In this document: positions 20,348 through 30,130 of the stretch, in pieces
Numbering within the stretch: the first letter of the stretch is position 1
How the letters are laid out: every line of letters starts with the position of its first letter
Sequence record: NC_061418.1
Length of the DNA: 64,000 nt
Strand: one strand, 5' to 3'
Program-made: the position numbers and the translations under genes
The notes under the pieces: generated by a model
Told to the model about the DNA's origin: nothing
What the model saw: the letters and a program-made list of their open reading frames with translations, nothing else
The model's database searches: none

Positions 20348-21175
20348 TCAGAAGTCGAAACGTAGGATATACGACAGAACAGGATTGCAGTAAACTGCCG
20401 CATCGGTCAATACCGCTAAACGCCGTGACCAGAATTGCTTTGTCAATTTCGTTTTATCGGTTAAGGCTTTCGCCATTACCCCATAAAGCGAATAAGCGAT
20501 GCCTCTGGCCTGCGACTGCATTTCAAATGCAGCACGTTCTTTACCGAAACTATAACCTTGTCCTGGGAAGTAAAGACTGAAGCTTTCTTCCTGATACGGG
20601 AAACGATTGACGGCAAAAGCCGACCAATCATCGATCTTCGTTAACCACGTTTCAATTTCATAATAATCCTTCCCGCGTAAAAAGAAATCCGGGGATTCAT
20701 TATTCACTAACGCAGCACGTTCCGCGTAAGTGGGTGGATCGTTACCGAACAGCACTTTGACACAGATATCTTCCGGATGAACTTTGTCTACCCAGACCAA
20801 CTCCGTATTCCACGCATAGAGCCATGAAAAGAGTTTTTGAATATGGGTACGAATGAGTTCATCGCTTTGATCGGTATCAAAACTGACGGTCTCCAAAAAG
20901 TTAACAATTTCTTGCGTGGCTTCGATAGCCATAGGGTAACGATCAAGTAAAGGTTCGTAGACCCCGTCCTTTGGAAACGTCGGCATGATATAGCCATCGA
21001 CTAATGAAATCGCGTAATTGATCGTGTTGTGTCCCCACGGGTCGCTGAAACACGGATTCAGTACTTCGTCGATAGTGAGAAGCTGGCGTTGATTGTACGT
21101 CTTGGTTCGGGCCAAGGAGTCAGTAATCCATTCCTTGACCTTCGGTACCCATTTCTGGTTCTCGGGATAAAGCAT
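20348..21175 (-). CDS. Hypothetical protein
   Basis: 275 aa ORF in the operon. Confidence 0.7.
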   Translation of the reverse strand: MLYPENQKWVPKVKEWITDSLARTKTYNQRQLLTIDEVLNPCFSDPWGHNTINYAISLVDGYIMPTFPKDGVYEPLLDRYPMAIEATQEIVNFLETVSFDTDQSDELIRTHIQKLFSWLYAWNTELVWVDKVHPEDICVKVLFGNDPPTYAERAALVNNESPDFFLRGKDYYEIETWLTKIDDWSAFAVNRFPYQEESFSLYFPGQGYSFGKERAAFEMQSQARGIAYSLYGVMAKALTDKTKLTKQFWSRRLAVLTDAAVYCNPVLSYILRFDF

Positions 21176-21755
21176 AAAGACTCCTGTCTGACGACAAAGG
21201 CGGGAAAATGATTAAGTGCGTAAAACGAGAAAGATGATCAAAGTCAACGAAGCCACCTTGGGCGAGATAGAACCCTAAAGCAACCTTGTCTTTGCGCACA
21301 ACGATTAACTTGATTGCGTGATTCTTTTTCGCCGCTCGAATCGATTGGAGTAATTTAGTTCCTAATCCTTGTCCTCGATATTTTTGACCGATGATCAATG
21401 TGTCGATGACGGGGTGTTGATCAATCAAACTGACTGCATACCCGACGACTCTTCCGCCATCGCGCAGCAGCCATAATTCAACTGATTTCTGATGGACGTC
21501 CATCACCTCAAGTACGGCTTCAGTAAACGTCTGGATTTGTAACCGATGACAATTGACTTTATTAAGATGCTGTTGTAGTTCCGACGTGAGTTTATTCAGC
21601 TGGGCGAGTTCACTCCCGTTTAAATTAAATTCTTCGTCTGGATTTAATACCCTGTGCTCTACCTGTAGTTCGGTTAAGGTTTCGCCAGGAAAAAGGTGAG
21701 TAAAGCGGCTGATACTTGTAATTTTTGCATCAGCCCTGGAGTTTCCGTGTTCCAC
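21120..21755 (-). CDS. GNAT-family N-acetyltransferase
   Basis: VVGYA, IIGQKYRGQGLGTKLL (acetyl-CoA motif A), ALGFY..GG. Confidence 0.82.
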   Translation of the reverse strand: MEHGNSRADAKITSISRFTHLFPGETLTELQVEHRVLNPDEEFNLNGSELAQLNKLTSELQQHLNKVNCHRLQIQTFTEAVLEVMDVHQKSVELWLLRDGGRVVGYAVSLIDQHPVIDTLIIGQKYRGQGLGTKLLQSIRAAKKNHAIKLIVVRKDKVALGFYLAQGGFVDFDHLSRFTHLIIFPPLSSDRSLYALSREPEMGTEGQGMDY

Positions 21756-23017
21756 TGTTCTTCTGCCCGTATAAGTGTACCTTCAAGGATCGTTGTCACT
21801 GACCCATTGTCGTAGTAAACGCGAACTGGCATTCCGGGGGTAAGTAACCGGATGTCAGACCGCTCCCATTTCACTGCCATGATCAGCCCGTCGTACGCAG
21901 CGATACGCGATTGTTCTCTCGCTAGGTTATCCGTAATAGGATTATCTGAAACATGGGCAATTGTTAACCCGTCGCTACGGGGCTTGCGCATGATATCGAC
22001 AGAGACCGCTTCACGGTTGTAAACCGCGCGGTTATCGCCATCAACCACCACCGGACTCTCAAAGAAATTACTGGCTTTCTGGAAGTGAACACCGTTACCA
22101 GACGACACGTTACCGGAGACAGAGATATCTTGTGTCTTTGCGCCACCGGTGGCGATGACCTTTAACGTTGACCCTTCCCACTTATACGTGCAATCTGCCG
22201 TGGGGAGTTTTAGCGAATCCGCCACAAAGACCGAGAGGCGTTTTTCGGTTTTAGTAAACCGTTGCGTGTTGTACAACGGGAAAATAAACCACCGCTGATT
22301 CTCAATAAACGAACCGATACCGTGGTTATACAACCCGCCCTCTTTCACCTGAAGATAATGCGGTAAACTCGTCATCTTCACTTGATGGTCAACGATGATC
22401 TGTTCACGGATCGCGCTTTCTCCGGTGACATCAGCATCAACCATCTCCAGCCCTAAGAGCGGCGGAAGACCCGCTTGCTTGTCCTCGTTCGTTTTCGCAA
22501 TGATATACGCCCGTAGGACGTCACTGGCGGTACTGAAGCGGAATACACCCTGTGCCGATTTAGCCGACATGCTCAATGCGATCGGGTCGACTAACTGTAC
22601 GTGAAAGATTCGGAGATCATCAGAACCGTCTGTGTAAGGCGTCGATTGTAATCCGGGTGTCCCGCCTAATGAGGCGATTTCGTTATTCGAAAAGAATGCC
22701 CGGTATGTCGTCTGAATGGTAAGGCCATTACTGAACTTCACTTCGGACACCGCATCCACCTGTTCCTGGAACAGTGTCAGGTAGAGATTGTCTCTGACTG
22801 CAAAGAGCTGATTAAAGTCTTTTGTAATCATGGCAATCTCAAGGGTGATATTCGAACAAAAACGCTCACCGTACTCCGATCGGATTCGTTTCCCGATAAC
22901 AGCCTTTACGGGATACTGAACGCCTTGCACCGTAAAGATTGCCCGGAGTTGGTAACGAGGGTTGGCGCCACTCGCCGCCAATGTCATGATTTGCTGGCGA
23001 AGTAATTGAGTATTCAT
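21674..23017 (-). CDS. Virion structural protein (phiKZ gp101-like, possible baseplate hub)
   Basis: 447 aa; C-terminal LLTPGMPVRVYY resembles hub-protein OB-like ends; synteny. Confidence 0.55.
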   Translation of the reverse strand: MNTQLLRQQIMTLAASGANPRYQLRAIFTVQGVQYPVKAVIGKRIRSEYGERFCSNITLEIAMITKDFNQLFAVRDNLYLTLFQEQVDAVSEVKFSNGLTIQTTYRAFFSNNEIASLGGTPGLQSTPYTDGSDDLRIFHVQLVDPIALSMSAKSAQGVFRFSTASDVLRAYIIAKTNEDKQAGLPPLLGLEMVDADVTGESAIREQIIVDHQVKMTSLPHYLQVKEGGLYNHGIGSFIENQRWFIFPLYNTQRFTKTEKRLSVFVADSLKLPTADCTYKWEGSTLKVIATGGAKTQDISVSGNVSSGNGVHFQKASNFFESPVVVDGDNRAVYNREAVSVDIMRKPRSDGLTIAHVSDNPITDNLAREQSRIAAYDGLIMAVKWERSDIRLLTPGMPVRVYYDNGSVTTILEGTLIRAEEQWNTETPGLMQKLQVSAALLTFFLAKP

Positions 23018-23637
23018 GAACGGTACCTCTTACGTTTCTTGAGGACGTCGTAATCAATACGTTCTTCGATAGGGATATAATCCGCCGCACTGCGTTTAGA
23101 GACCACCGCTTTTTGACCGAAAGGATCGAGGCCGATCGCGGGTGCAGCACTCTTGATAACCTTAGCCAATCCAGTGACGTTATCGTCTTTGCCGTGTTGA
23201 CGGACTTTGTTGTAAATCTGGCGAGCGAATTCGTCCATCTTACGAAGATCTTCTAAACGCTGCTGTGTGACACTTGGGTCTTCTCTGCGAAGGCCGTACT
23301 GCTGCGATTGGTGCCAACGCGTACAGTCTGCTAAATGTTCCTGTATGATTTTGTTGATCTTCTCGGCATCAACCATACCGTTGACCAGCTCCATCGCCAC
23401 GCCGTCATGCCATAACTCCACCATCTCCGCAATCGTTCGCCAGACCACGGTAGGACGTTTTGCTGCCTGTGCATCAATATCCGCATAACCGGTTGTAAAC
23501 ATCCCGCGAGAATGAACATCGTTTTCGTCCATGGCATCCACAACGGACATCCTCACGCTAAACATTTTGTCAAAGATAATCTGACCTGCAGTTTTTGGTT
23601 TGGTGCGTGCGGTTTCAATGACCACGGTTGTCGTCAT
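23014..23637 (-). CDS. Conserved hypothetical protein (phiKZ gp100-like)
   Basis: ORF 23014..23715; start moved to MTTTVV at 23637, which forms a TAATG overlap with the upstream stop. Confidence 0.65.
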   Translation of the reverse strand: MTTTVVIETARTKPKTAGQIIFDKMFSVRMSVVDAMDENDVHSRGMFTTGYADIDAQAAKRPTVVWRTIAEMVELWHDGVAMELVNGMVDAEKINKIIQEHLADCTRWHQSQQYGLRREDPSVTQQRLEDLRKMDEFARQIYNKVRQHGKDDNVTGLAKVIKSAAPAIGLDPFGQKAVVSKRSAADYIPIEERIDYDVLKKRKRYRS

Positions 23638-25010
23638 TACGATAACCCTCTTAAAGCGGCAGGGATCAACGCGTAAAGGATCGGCAAGTAATAGAACTGG
23701 TTCAAGTCGTCCCAATTGCGTGCGTCGTTAAACAACGCCATAACGTCCTGTGCCGATACTTGTCCTTTTTCGATGGCCTGCCAAACTAACGTTTCGAGAA
23801 CGGAAAGTTCCCCTGTCCGACGTCCGTAGAAGTCTTCACTAAAAATGTAGTAATCGTCAATCGTAACGTCTTTGATCCCTTTGTTCCATCCCTGGGAATA
23901 CGGAATGAGCACCTCTTCCGGGAAATACTGCTCAAGGGTATAACGTACTTTTGGTCGGGTACGGTAGCCTTGTTTCAACGAAACTGCTTTCGGTTTCACC
24001 TCCCAACTGTTCCGATACCGGTCAGACCGATTAGGGAAACAGACATACGGGATACCCATGTACTGTGGGCCACGGAAGAACGGATCATTCAAAAAGAAGT
24101 TTGAAGCGACGGCAGGGATCTTCGTCTCGACGATATCCATCATGATATCTTCTTGATCTAATAGCGCATCGAATACGGTTTTGATCTCTCTGATGGTACC
24201 GTCCATCACGTTAAGGAAAGCCATCCCGTGAAACGAGCCGATATTTTCATGGGACCAGAGCGCTGCTACAAAGGTGGTCAGGAAAGGATCGTAAATGACA
24301 TTCCGTCCTTGACCCGGTAAGGTCAGCGTGGCGTATTCCTTATCGTAGAACTTACTGAGATGGAACATCGGGATCTTTTCTCGCCATTCCATCAGACTTT
24401 GGTAGTCGCCATGCGCAGAGTCTGAAATAACGGGGTTAATCCCGGAATCCAGGAAGCTGGGAATAAAGAAGTATTCTTCGACCGTTTTGTCAGCGAGCTT
24501 CTTTGCGTAATCAGCGTTAAGGAAATCCCGCATGACGTATTCAATGCGGTACGTGGACTGCATGTAGATAGAGCGTTGCTCCGGTGGCGCTGACACTTGG
24601 AAAATCCCTACACGCCCGTCTAACAGAGTTGCCGTGAAAAGGTCTCCCACGTTTGGCCGTACGCCCGGGTACATGTTCGCTCCACCACGAACAGTGAATT
24701 CCTGGATTTCTGGTCGGAATTCTGGACTGACTTGAATAGGTTCTGTTACTTTCAGTTCAAGGTTATTGATCTTCTTGTACTGTTGGTTGATTTCAAGACG
24801 AGAAACCTGTAAGCCCGCTGGCGCGTTATCGCCGTTCAGAATTTGACTGTACCACGTCACCGGCCAACGTTTCCCTTCTATCGTCGTCAGGATTGTTCCT
24901 ACGGGCGTATAGGCGGTATCGATGGCAATATCCCGATACGGGGTTTTGTTCGCTTTAAACTGGGGAAGGGGCTGTGACGGTGCATCGTCTTCTTCGTTAA
25001 ACAGGGACAT
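23637..25010 (-). CDS. Virion structural protein (phiKZ gp99-like)
   Basis: 457 aa; VRPNVGDLF motif; synteny. Confidence 0.6.
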   Translation of the reverse strand: MSLFNEEDDAPSQPLPQFKANKTPYRDIAIDTAYTPVGTILTTIEGKRWPVTWYSQILNGDNAPAGLQVSRLEINQQYKKINNLELKVTEPIQVSPEFRPEIQEFTVRGGANMYPGVRPNVGDLFTATLLDGRVGIFQVSAPPEQRSIYMQSTYRIEYVMRDFLNADYAKKLADKTVEEYFFIPSFLDSGINPVISDSAHGDYQSLMEWREKIPMFHLSKFYDKEYATLTLPGQGRNVIYDPFLTTFVAALWSHENIGSFHGMAFLNVMDGTIREIKTVFDALLDQEDIMMDIVETKIPAVASNFFLNDPFFRGPQYMGIPYVCFPNRSDRYRNSWEVKPKAVSLKQGYRTRPKVRYTLEQYFPEEVLIPYSQGWNKGIKDVTIDDYYIFSEDFYGRRTGELSVLETLVWQAIEKGQVSAQDVMALFNDARNWDDLNQFYYLPILYALIPAALRGLS

Positions 25011-25021
25011 TTACCGTGCTC

Positions 25022-26563
25022 CTATTGGAATGTGAATAAAGTGTTGAGTTGAGTCGGGAGAAGAATGTACCGGTATTTTGGCGAGTAGAACCTTCTGGCG
25101 GTGACGGCCAGATTACGGGCGGCGTCAACATAGTCCAGTTTCGATACTAATCTCCCCGGTTTAGCCGTCGGGTAGCTATATTTCTTACCGTACTCTGGGT
25201 CAAGACCATCGATGGCCATTTTAAGGTACTCAGGACGTTTTCTAAGAAGATCTACGGCAAAAGGCTGTAATGACATCAACTGAGTAAATAAACTGATTCT
25301 GACGTGATACAGGGACCTTAAATCAAGTTCTGTGTCCACCCAGATAGTCAGGTCTTCGTCAATCGTTATTGAACGAGGATCTAAAGGACGGTCATTTTGG
25401 TAGACGGCGACATGCACCCAACTACCCGTACGTTTGGTTAAGTACGCACGAGTTTCCTTCATGTATTCGACCAGTAGCGGATCGAAAGACATCTTAGGGA
25501 GGTCCGTGAGCGACAAGACCTTCTTCCGGTTCGTGGTATCGACTTGAATCAGGAACTGGGTCAGGTTCGCAGTATCGGCAGCCACCTGTGTCGGCATCCA
25601 GTCGTCAAACGAAGGGACAATGTTCCCTCTGTTTAAATTCTTGTAGAAATACTGCTCCTGGAATAGTTTACGGTAACGGGTCGAACTGATTGACCCGCGA
25701 CCCGTTAGAGGGTCAGCGTCATACCACGAAGTTTGAGTCCGGTGAGTTCTCGGAACAATCTGATTGTGGATAACTAACGGGTGTTTCATCATAAAGCCGA
25801 TAGGACGGTCAAAACCAAATCGATAACTGAACTCGATTTCGTACGCGGTACCGTCATCGACCTTATCTTCAATGGGTGGGGTATCAAACTCAAAGTTCCC
25901 TAAGATATCGAGCTGGGTCTCACGGAAAACGAACTGAGGTTTTTCAGCCCCTTGCGTAACCAGTACGGTGTTGTCAGCCAACAGTCCTTGTTTGAACCAC
26001 TCGCTAAAGCTGTCACCGTAACCTTCGACCTTTTCTCGCATTTTGTAAAAGAGATCGAAGAAGTCAAACAGTGTGTACGGTAATACGTAATTGAAATCGG
26101 CGTAGAACGATTGGTCGATAAAATGGTTGCGCATTAGTTTACGCATTCTACTTTGCCAATTCTTGGCTTCGTTTTTATCTTTAGTTCGGTAAGTAAACGT
26201 CAGGCGTGCTTTGACCGGTTCACGGAAGGTGGTCAGGTACGTGTTGATTTTGGGATCCGCCCAGACAATGTTATTGTCCGGGTAGTAGTACGCACTGGTT
26301 AGAATGTTATCCGGTTCCGGTTCTTCGCTGTAGGCGACCTTTACCTTCCCGTAGAACCCAAACCTTGCGGTATCAGTAGGATCCCATTCTTGCTGATTGA
26401 GCGTGGTTCGCCAAGTGGGGATTCCTCGCTCATCGCCCGCGTATTCGATAAAGGTGTCTTCGGGCATACCGGTTACACCGATGATCGAGCGAGTGACCGC
26501 CATCACGATTGGGCGGGTAATCATGACGTCAACGTCAGGTAACTCATATGTGAAACGTGGCAT
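25022..26563 (-). CDS. Virion structural protein (phiKZ gp98-like)
   Basis: 513 aa; synteny after the inner-head paralog cluster. Confidence 0.6.
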   Translation of the reverse strand: MPRFTYELPDVDVMITRPIVMAVTRSIIGVTGMPEDTFIEYAGDERGIPTWRTTLNQQEWDPTDTARFGFYGKVKVAYSEEPEPDNILTSAYYYPDNNIVWADPKINTYLTTFREPVKARLTFTYRTKDKNEAKNWQSRMRKLMRNHFIDQSFYADFNYVLPYTLFDFFDLFYKMREKVEGYGDSFSEWFKQGLLADNTVLVTQGAEKPQFVFRETQLDILGNFEFDTPPIEDKVDDGTAYEIEFSYRFGFDRPIGFMMKHPLVIHNQIVPRTHRTQTSWYDADPLTGRGSISSTRYRKLFQEQYFYKNLNRGNIVPSFDDWMPTQVAADTANLTQFLIQVDTTNRKKVLSLTDLPKMSFDPLLVEYMKETRAYLTKRTGSWVHVAVYQNDRPLDPRSITIDEDLTIWVDTELDLRSLYHVRISLFTQLMSLQPFAVDLLRKRPEYLKMAIDGLDPEYGKKYSYPTAKPGRLVSKLDYVDAARNLAVTARRFYSPKYRYILLPTQLNTLFTFQ

Positions 26564-26595
26564 TATTCTTCCCTCTGGGGCCCGAAAAAGTCATA

Positions 26596-26624
26596 GGAAT
26601 GCAAGGCCAGAAGCCTTGCATTCC
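26596..26624 (-). terminator. 12-bp hairpin directly followed by TATG
   Basis: GGAATGCAAGGC-CAGAA-GCCTTGCATTCC; CATA at 26592-26595 on the plus strand. Confidence 0.65.
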
Positions 26625-26631
26625 GGGTTTC

Positions 26632-27531
26632 TTAGAGGTAGATACGGCCTGGGACTTCTTTTCCTGGGAGATATTCTTCCCGACCAAACTCGGTGCCTTC
26701 CAGCGCGTTGTGGTCTTGTACTGCGGAACGGATCAAGTCCTCGAAACGGGACGCTTGTGCCTCAGAGACTGCCAACAGACGACGTCCGTTATCGGCCGTG
26801 GTGAGGACACCGTTCTGATCGAGATACCCTTTTAGTGTCTCAGCGAATGCAGTGGTCTGAAGACGATGTGCGATAGGGGAACGCAGCACAACTTCAATGA
26901 TAGGGTTTCCGATCCGACAAACCAGAATCCCTAATTCCTGCATTTTCTCTTCGCGTTGAGCGGCGACAACAGGGCGACCGTTTTTTACTTCCACCGGCAC
27001 ACGAGGCGCGACTTCAGTCTCAGGAGTGAAGAGAGGTTCTGCTGCCGGTGCTTCTTTTGGTACCGGGGGCACAGCGGTGTCCGCAGGGAAATCGTTACGA
27101 ACGGAGATCAGGAATTGCTCGAAGATCTCAAACATCGCTCGAGAACCTCTGATGTAGTTCAGGACATGATCGACAGAGTTCTGCGAATTGATTTGACAGG
27201 TAAATGAATCGATCCCGCCAACTTTGAACTGGTACGTATAAAGACCGTTATCTACGCTGGTGTTTCCTTCGAACTGGTCGTTCTTAATTCGAAGAAGACG
27301 AGGGTCAGCTTTACTGACCAGGTCGAACAGTTTCTTGTACAGCGCCGACCCGCTCACACCAAACTCAGTGGAGATACCTGACGGAGTAACGTTAAAGATG
27401 TTTTCCCCGGCTTTGTCGACGTTGACCAAATTACGGATAGTATAAATCCCCCTTTGGAATTCCTCGATGGTACCTTCGTAGGAAAACGATTGCTCAAAGG
27501 GAGCGGCGATAAAGTGAATAACAATAGACAT
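26632..27531 (-). CDS. Hypothetical protein
   Basis: 299 aa ORF with AAGGA RBS; Pro/Ala/Glu-rich linker between two domains. Confidence 0.7.
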   Translation of the reverse strand: MSIVIHFIAAPFEQSFSYEGTIEEFQRGIYTIRNLVNVDKAGENIFNVTPSGISTEFGVSGSALYKKLFDLVSKADPRLLRIKNDQFEGNTSVDNGLYTYQFKVGGIDSFTCQINSQNSVDHVLNYIRGSRAMFEIFEQFLISVRNDFPADTAVPPVPKEAPAAEPLFTPETEVAPRVPVEVKNGRPVVAAQREEKMQELGILVCRIGNPIIEVVLRSPIAHRLQTTAFAETLKGYLDQNGVLTTADNGRRLLAVSEAQASRFEDLIRSAVQDHNALEGTEFGREEYLPGKEVPGRIYL

Positions 27532-27586
27532 AGTGTTTCCTTATTGAACGACGTGTCAAATTAAACTGATAAAAAGTCAAAAATAA

Positions 27587-27610
27587 CAGAAGGACCTAAC
27601 GGTCCTTCTG
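27587..27610 (-). terminator. 10-bp hairpin ending the head-protein cluster
   Basis: CAGAAGGACC-TAAC-GGTCCTTCTG. Confidence 0.65.
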
Positions 27611-27611
27611 C

Positions 27612-28841
27612 TTATGCTTTTAATAGTGACTCTTTTGCAAGCTGTTGCAAGGTGCGGGAAACATCGAGCAGTAAACTCGACAGTTCTACAGCCGGCGTTT
27701 TGACCCAGCGACTATAAGCGATCGGATAATCGATCAGGGTACTTAGCCGAACGTTCCTCGGTTCCTGAAGACCGTCTAGTTTCCGGTACGCGTCTTTCGT
27801 GAATTGTTTCACGCGACGCTCTAACCCAGTGAAGTTTTGATCCTCGATAAAACCGAGTACCGATAACCCAACCGATTTCACGTCGTCCATCAAATCGATT
27901 ACCTCTTGCGGTTGGAAAGGCGTAAAGGCGATCTTTTCTTTATCGATATAATCGGGGTCAGAGATCATGATCACTTTCTGTCGTTGGAGTTCTTTTGCGA
28001 GTTCCAACGTAGAGGCGGCCACAACATCCGTTCGGTCTACGACTAACGAAACACCCCCTAAGAGCGAGAGTGGCGTCTGGAGTTCACGTGGGAGTTTCTT
28101 CCAGAGTTCCTTAGCGAGTTCGTTCTGGTGCTCAATTGCGTTCAGTACGTTCTCGTGGCCTTCACTGGTGATTTTTTCAACAGACTTTTCACCTTGGTCA
28201 GCGACGTCCTTACACCACCCTTTGAGAATATCCAATATGGTTTTTTGGAGGGTACTATACTGCTTACGGACAGCACCGAAATCCTTAACCGTATTATTGC
28301 CAACAGAAAGGTGACGGATTGTTTTACCGGAAACAATCGACAATTTCTTATTAGAGTAGGATCGACCGATCTTCTCTTCTGCCATATTACGAATGGCGGT
28401 AGAGAGGTTAATCATACCGCGAATACGAATACGGTGGTGTTCCCAATAATCTGTGAGTTTCCCCCAGAGCGTATCGAGTAAAGCAGCGGCGGCTTTCAAG
28501 AGCTCCGAGAGTAATGAATTCAGTGACTCTAATGCAGGGTGACCCGATAATGCCGATTCTGAAGAAGGCATCACGGCGGCGTACTGTGCACCGGTGCCTT
28601 CAGCAAGGGATTCAGTGAATGCGAGGATAATATCCATTTCTTCTTGGGTAATTTCCTCAGGGGCGATTTGCAACCGCCCCTTCTGTTCTTCCTGGGTCAA
28701 ATAACGTTGACCCAGTTCTTCGCGTTCACGTATTTCGCTTATTTCAGAATCAATCTCATCAAGATCACGGCGGGTTTCAACACTGCCTTCGGCAGCGGTG
28801 ATCTCCTCCTCAAGAGAAGGAGCGCTAAATTGATCTTGCAT
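27612..28841 (-). CDS. Inner head (ejection) protein, phiKZ gp93-like paralog family
   Basis: Acidic propeptide, PSLE and PALE-SL sites, then an amphipathic helix (LLKAAAALLDTLWGKLTDYW). Confidence 0.72.
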   Translation of the reverse strand: MQDQFSAPSLEEEITAAEGSVETRRDLDEIDSEISEIREREELGQRYLTQEEQKGRLQIAPEEITQEEMDIILAFTESLAEGTGAQYAAVMPSSESALSGHPALESLNSLLSELLKAAAALLDTLWGKLTDYWEHHRIRIRGMINLSTAIRNMAEEKIGRSYSNKKLSIVSGKTIRHLSVGNNTVKDFGAVRKQYSTLQKTILDILKGWCKDVADQGEKSVEKITSEGHENVLNAIEHQNELAKELWKKLPRELQTPLSLLGGVSLVVDRTDVVAASTLELAKELQRQKVIMISDPDYIDKEKIAFTPFQPQEVIDLMDDVKSVGLSVLGFIEDQNFTGLERRVKQFTKDAYRKLDGLQEPRNVRLSTLIDYPIAYSRWVKTPAVELSSLLLDVSRTLQQLAKESLLKA

Positions 28842-28853
28842 TTTACCTCCCGA

Positions 28854-30113
28854 CTACGCTGGCGCGTTCAGGCGCATCGAAGTTGAGACCGCCTCTGGCG
28901 CAGTAGACTCAACAGAAGCAGAAATATACCGGAGCGAAGCCCTTACTGTTTTAACAACGTAACGGTAGGTTTTAAAACGGTCGCCTTCGATCAGTTTCAC
29001 CGAAGAACGCATTAAAGAACCCAGTCGAGAGATATTAATACTGGTTTGACTTTTCTTGTCTTCCAGAGTCTGAATAATAGCTTTAAACTGTTTTTCTACT
29101 TTATCGTAGCTACCTGAACTTTCGCGGCTGTTTTTTACGATATTGAGTAAATTTACCCCTTCGTCAATAATAATTTTTGCTTTGGCGGCGTTCAACGGTG
29201 CGCCGGAGAAAGTAATTCCACTTTGATATACTTTCACAAGGTTAGGTGAGAGCCCATCGAGCATTTTTATTAATGTATCAACAGCATTAACGAAAGAGTC
29301 GTCCATGCCCATAAAACCTTGACCGTTGATCTTTTTAACTAAAATAGAAGTCACTGCATAACCACCCGGTAATGGGAGGGATGCGACGTCTTGTACTTTT
29401 TCAAAGTTTCTACCGCCGAAGATAGCTTCGTTATGTGCGCGATTAGGGCCCGAAAATGTTTTTGATTCATTAGGTTGAGTCAGCACTCTCGAAATAGGTT
29501 CAGCGACTTTGGCGTAGCTCTGAATGACTGCGGCGGCTTCTTTCGATTCCTGGCCCGTGAAATGATCCTCTGCGTTAATCCATTTTTCAGCGACCGCCAT
29601 CGCGTTCTCGGCCAAGTCGGACAAACCATCGCGAACGTTAACCATCATTTCAAGTACGCCGCGAAGATTTACAAACTTATTCGGGAAGCTTTCATCTAAA
29701 GAACCTTGTACAGCTAACGCTCCTGTCACCGTTGGCAATAACGTAATCTTTTCTGTTTTAAAGTTACGATGCTCTGACAGCAGACCTTTTGCGGCTTCAA
29801 TTTCTTTTTCCGCCTGCTCTACGCCAATCAGATACGTTCTGGCCCAGTCTTTGAAATCACGGAAACGTTCCATGACCCACTCGATGAGGTTTTTGAGTGT
29901 TTCTTTGATTCTACTCGAAATTTTACCGAGTGTGCTATTTTTATCCCCATCGATTGTCACGGATTCGCGGTCGGCTTCGACAGATACTTCTGAACGCTCG
30001 CCCATGAAAATACCCAGAATTTTTTGGGCATCGGTAGGAATCGCTTGACAGGATTCCAAAGAAGCCTTTACTTCGCTGTAAACCGCTAAGTCTTTTAAAA
30101 GTTGTTCGCTCAT
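28854..30113 (-). CDS. Inner head protein, gp93-like paralog
   Basis: VSVE-AD site; helix IKETLKNLIEWVMERFRDFKDW; AKIIIDEGVNLL and VRASLRYISAS motifs shared with paralogs. Confidence 0.72.
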   Translation of the reverse strand: MSEQLLKDLAVYSEVKASLESCQAIPTDAQKILGIFMGERSEVSVEADRESVTIDGDKNSTLGKISSRIKETLKNLIEWVMERFRDFKDWARTYLIGVEQAEKEIEAAKGLLSEHRNFKTEKITLLPTVTGALAVQGSLDESFPNKFVNLRGVLEMMVNVRDGLSDLAENAMAVAEKWINAEDHFTGQESKEAAAVIQSYAKVAEPISRVLTQPNESKTFSGPNRAHNEAIFGGRNFEKVQDVASLPLPGGYAVTSILVKKINGQGFMGMDDSFVNAVDTLIKMLDGLSPNLVKVYQSGITFSGAPLNAAKAKIIIDEGVNLLNIVKNSRESSGSYDKVEKQFKAIIQTLEDKKSQTSINISRLGSLMRSSVKLIEGDRFKTYRYVVKTVRASLRYISASVESTAPEAVSTSMRLNAPA

Positions 30114-30130
30114 TTTTTCTACCTTAAGAA

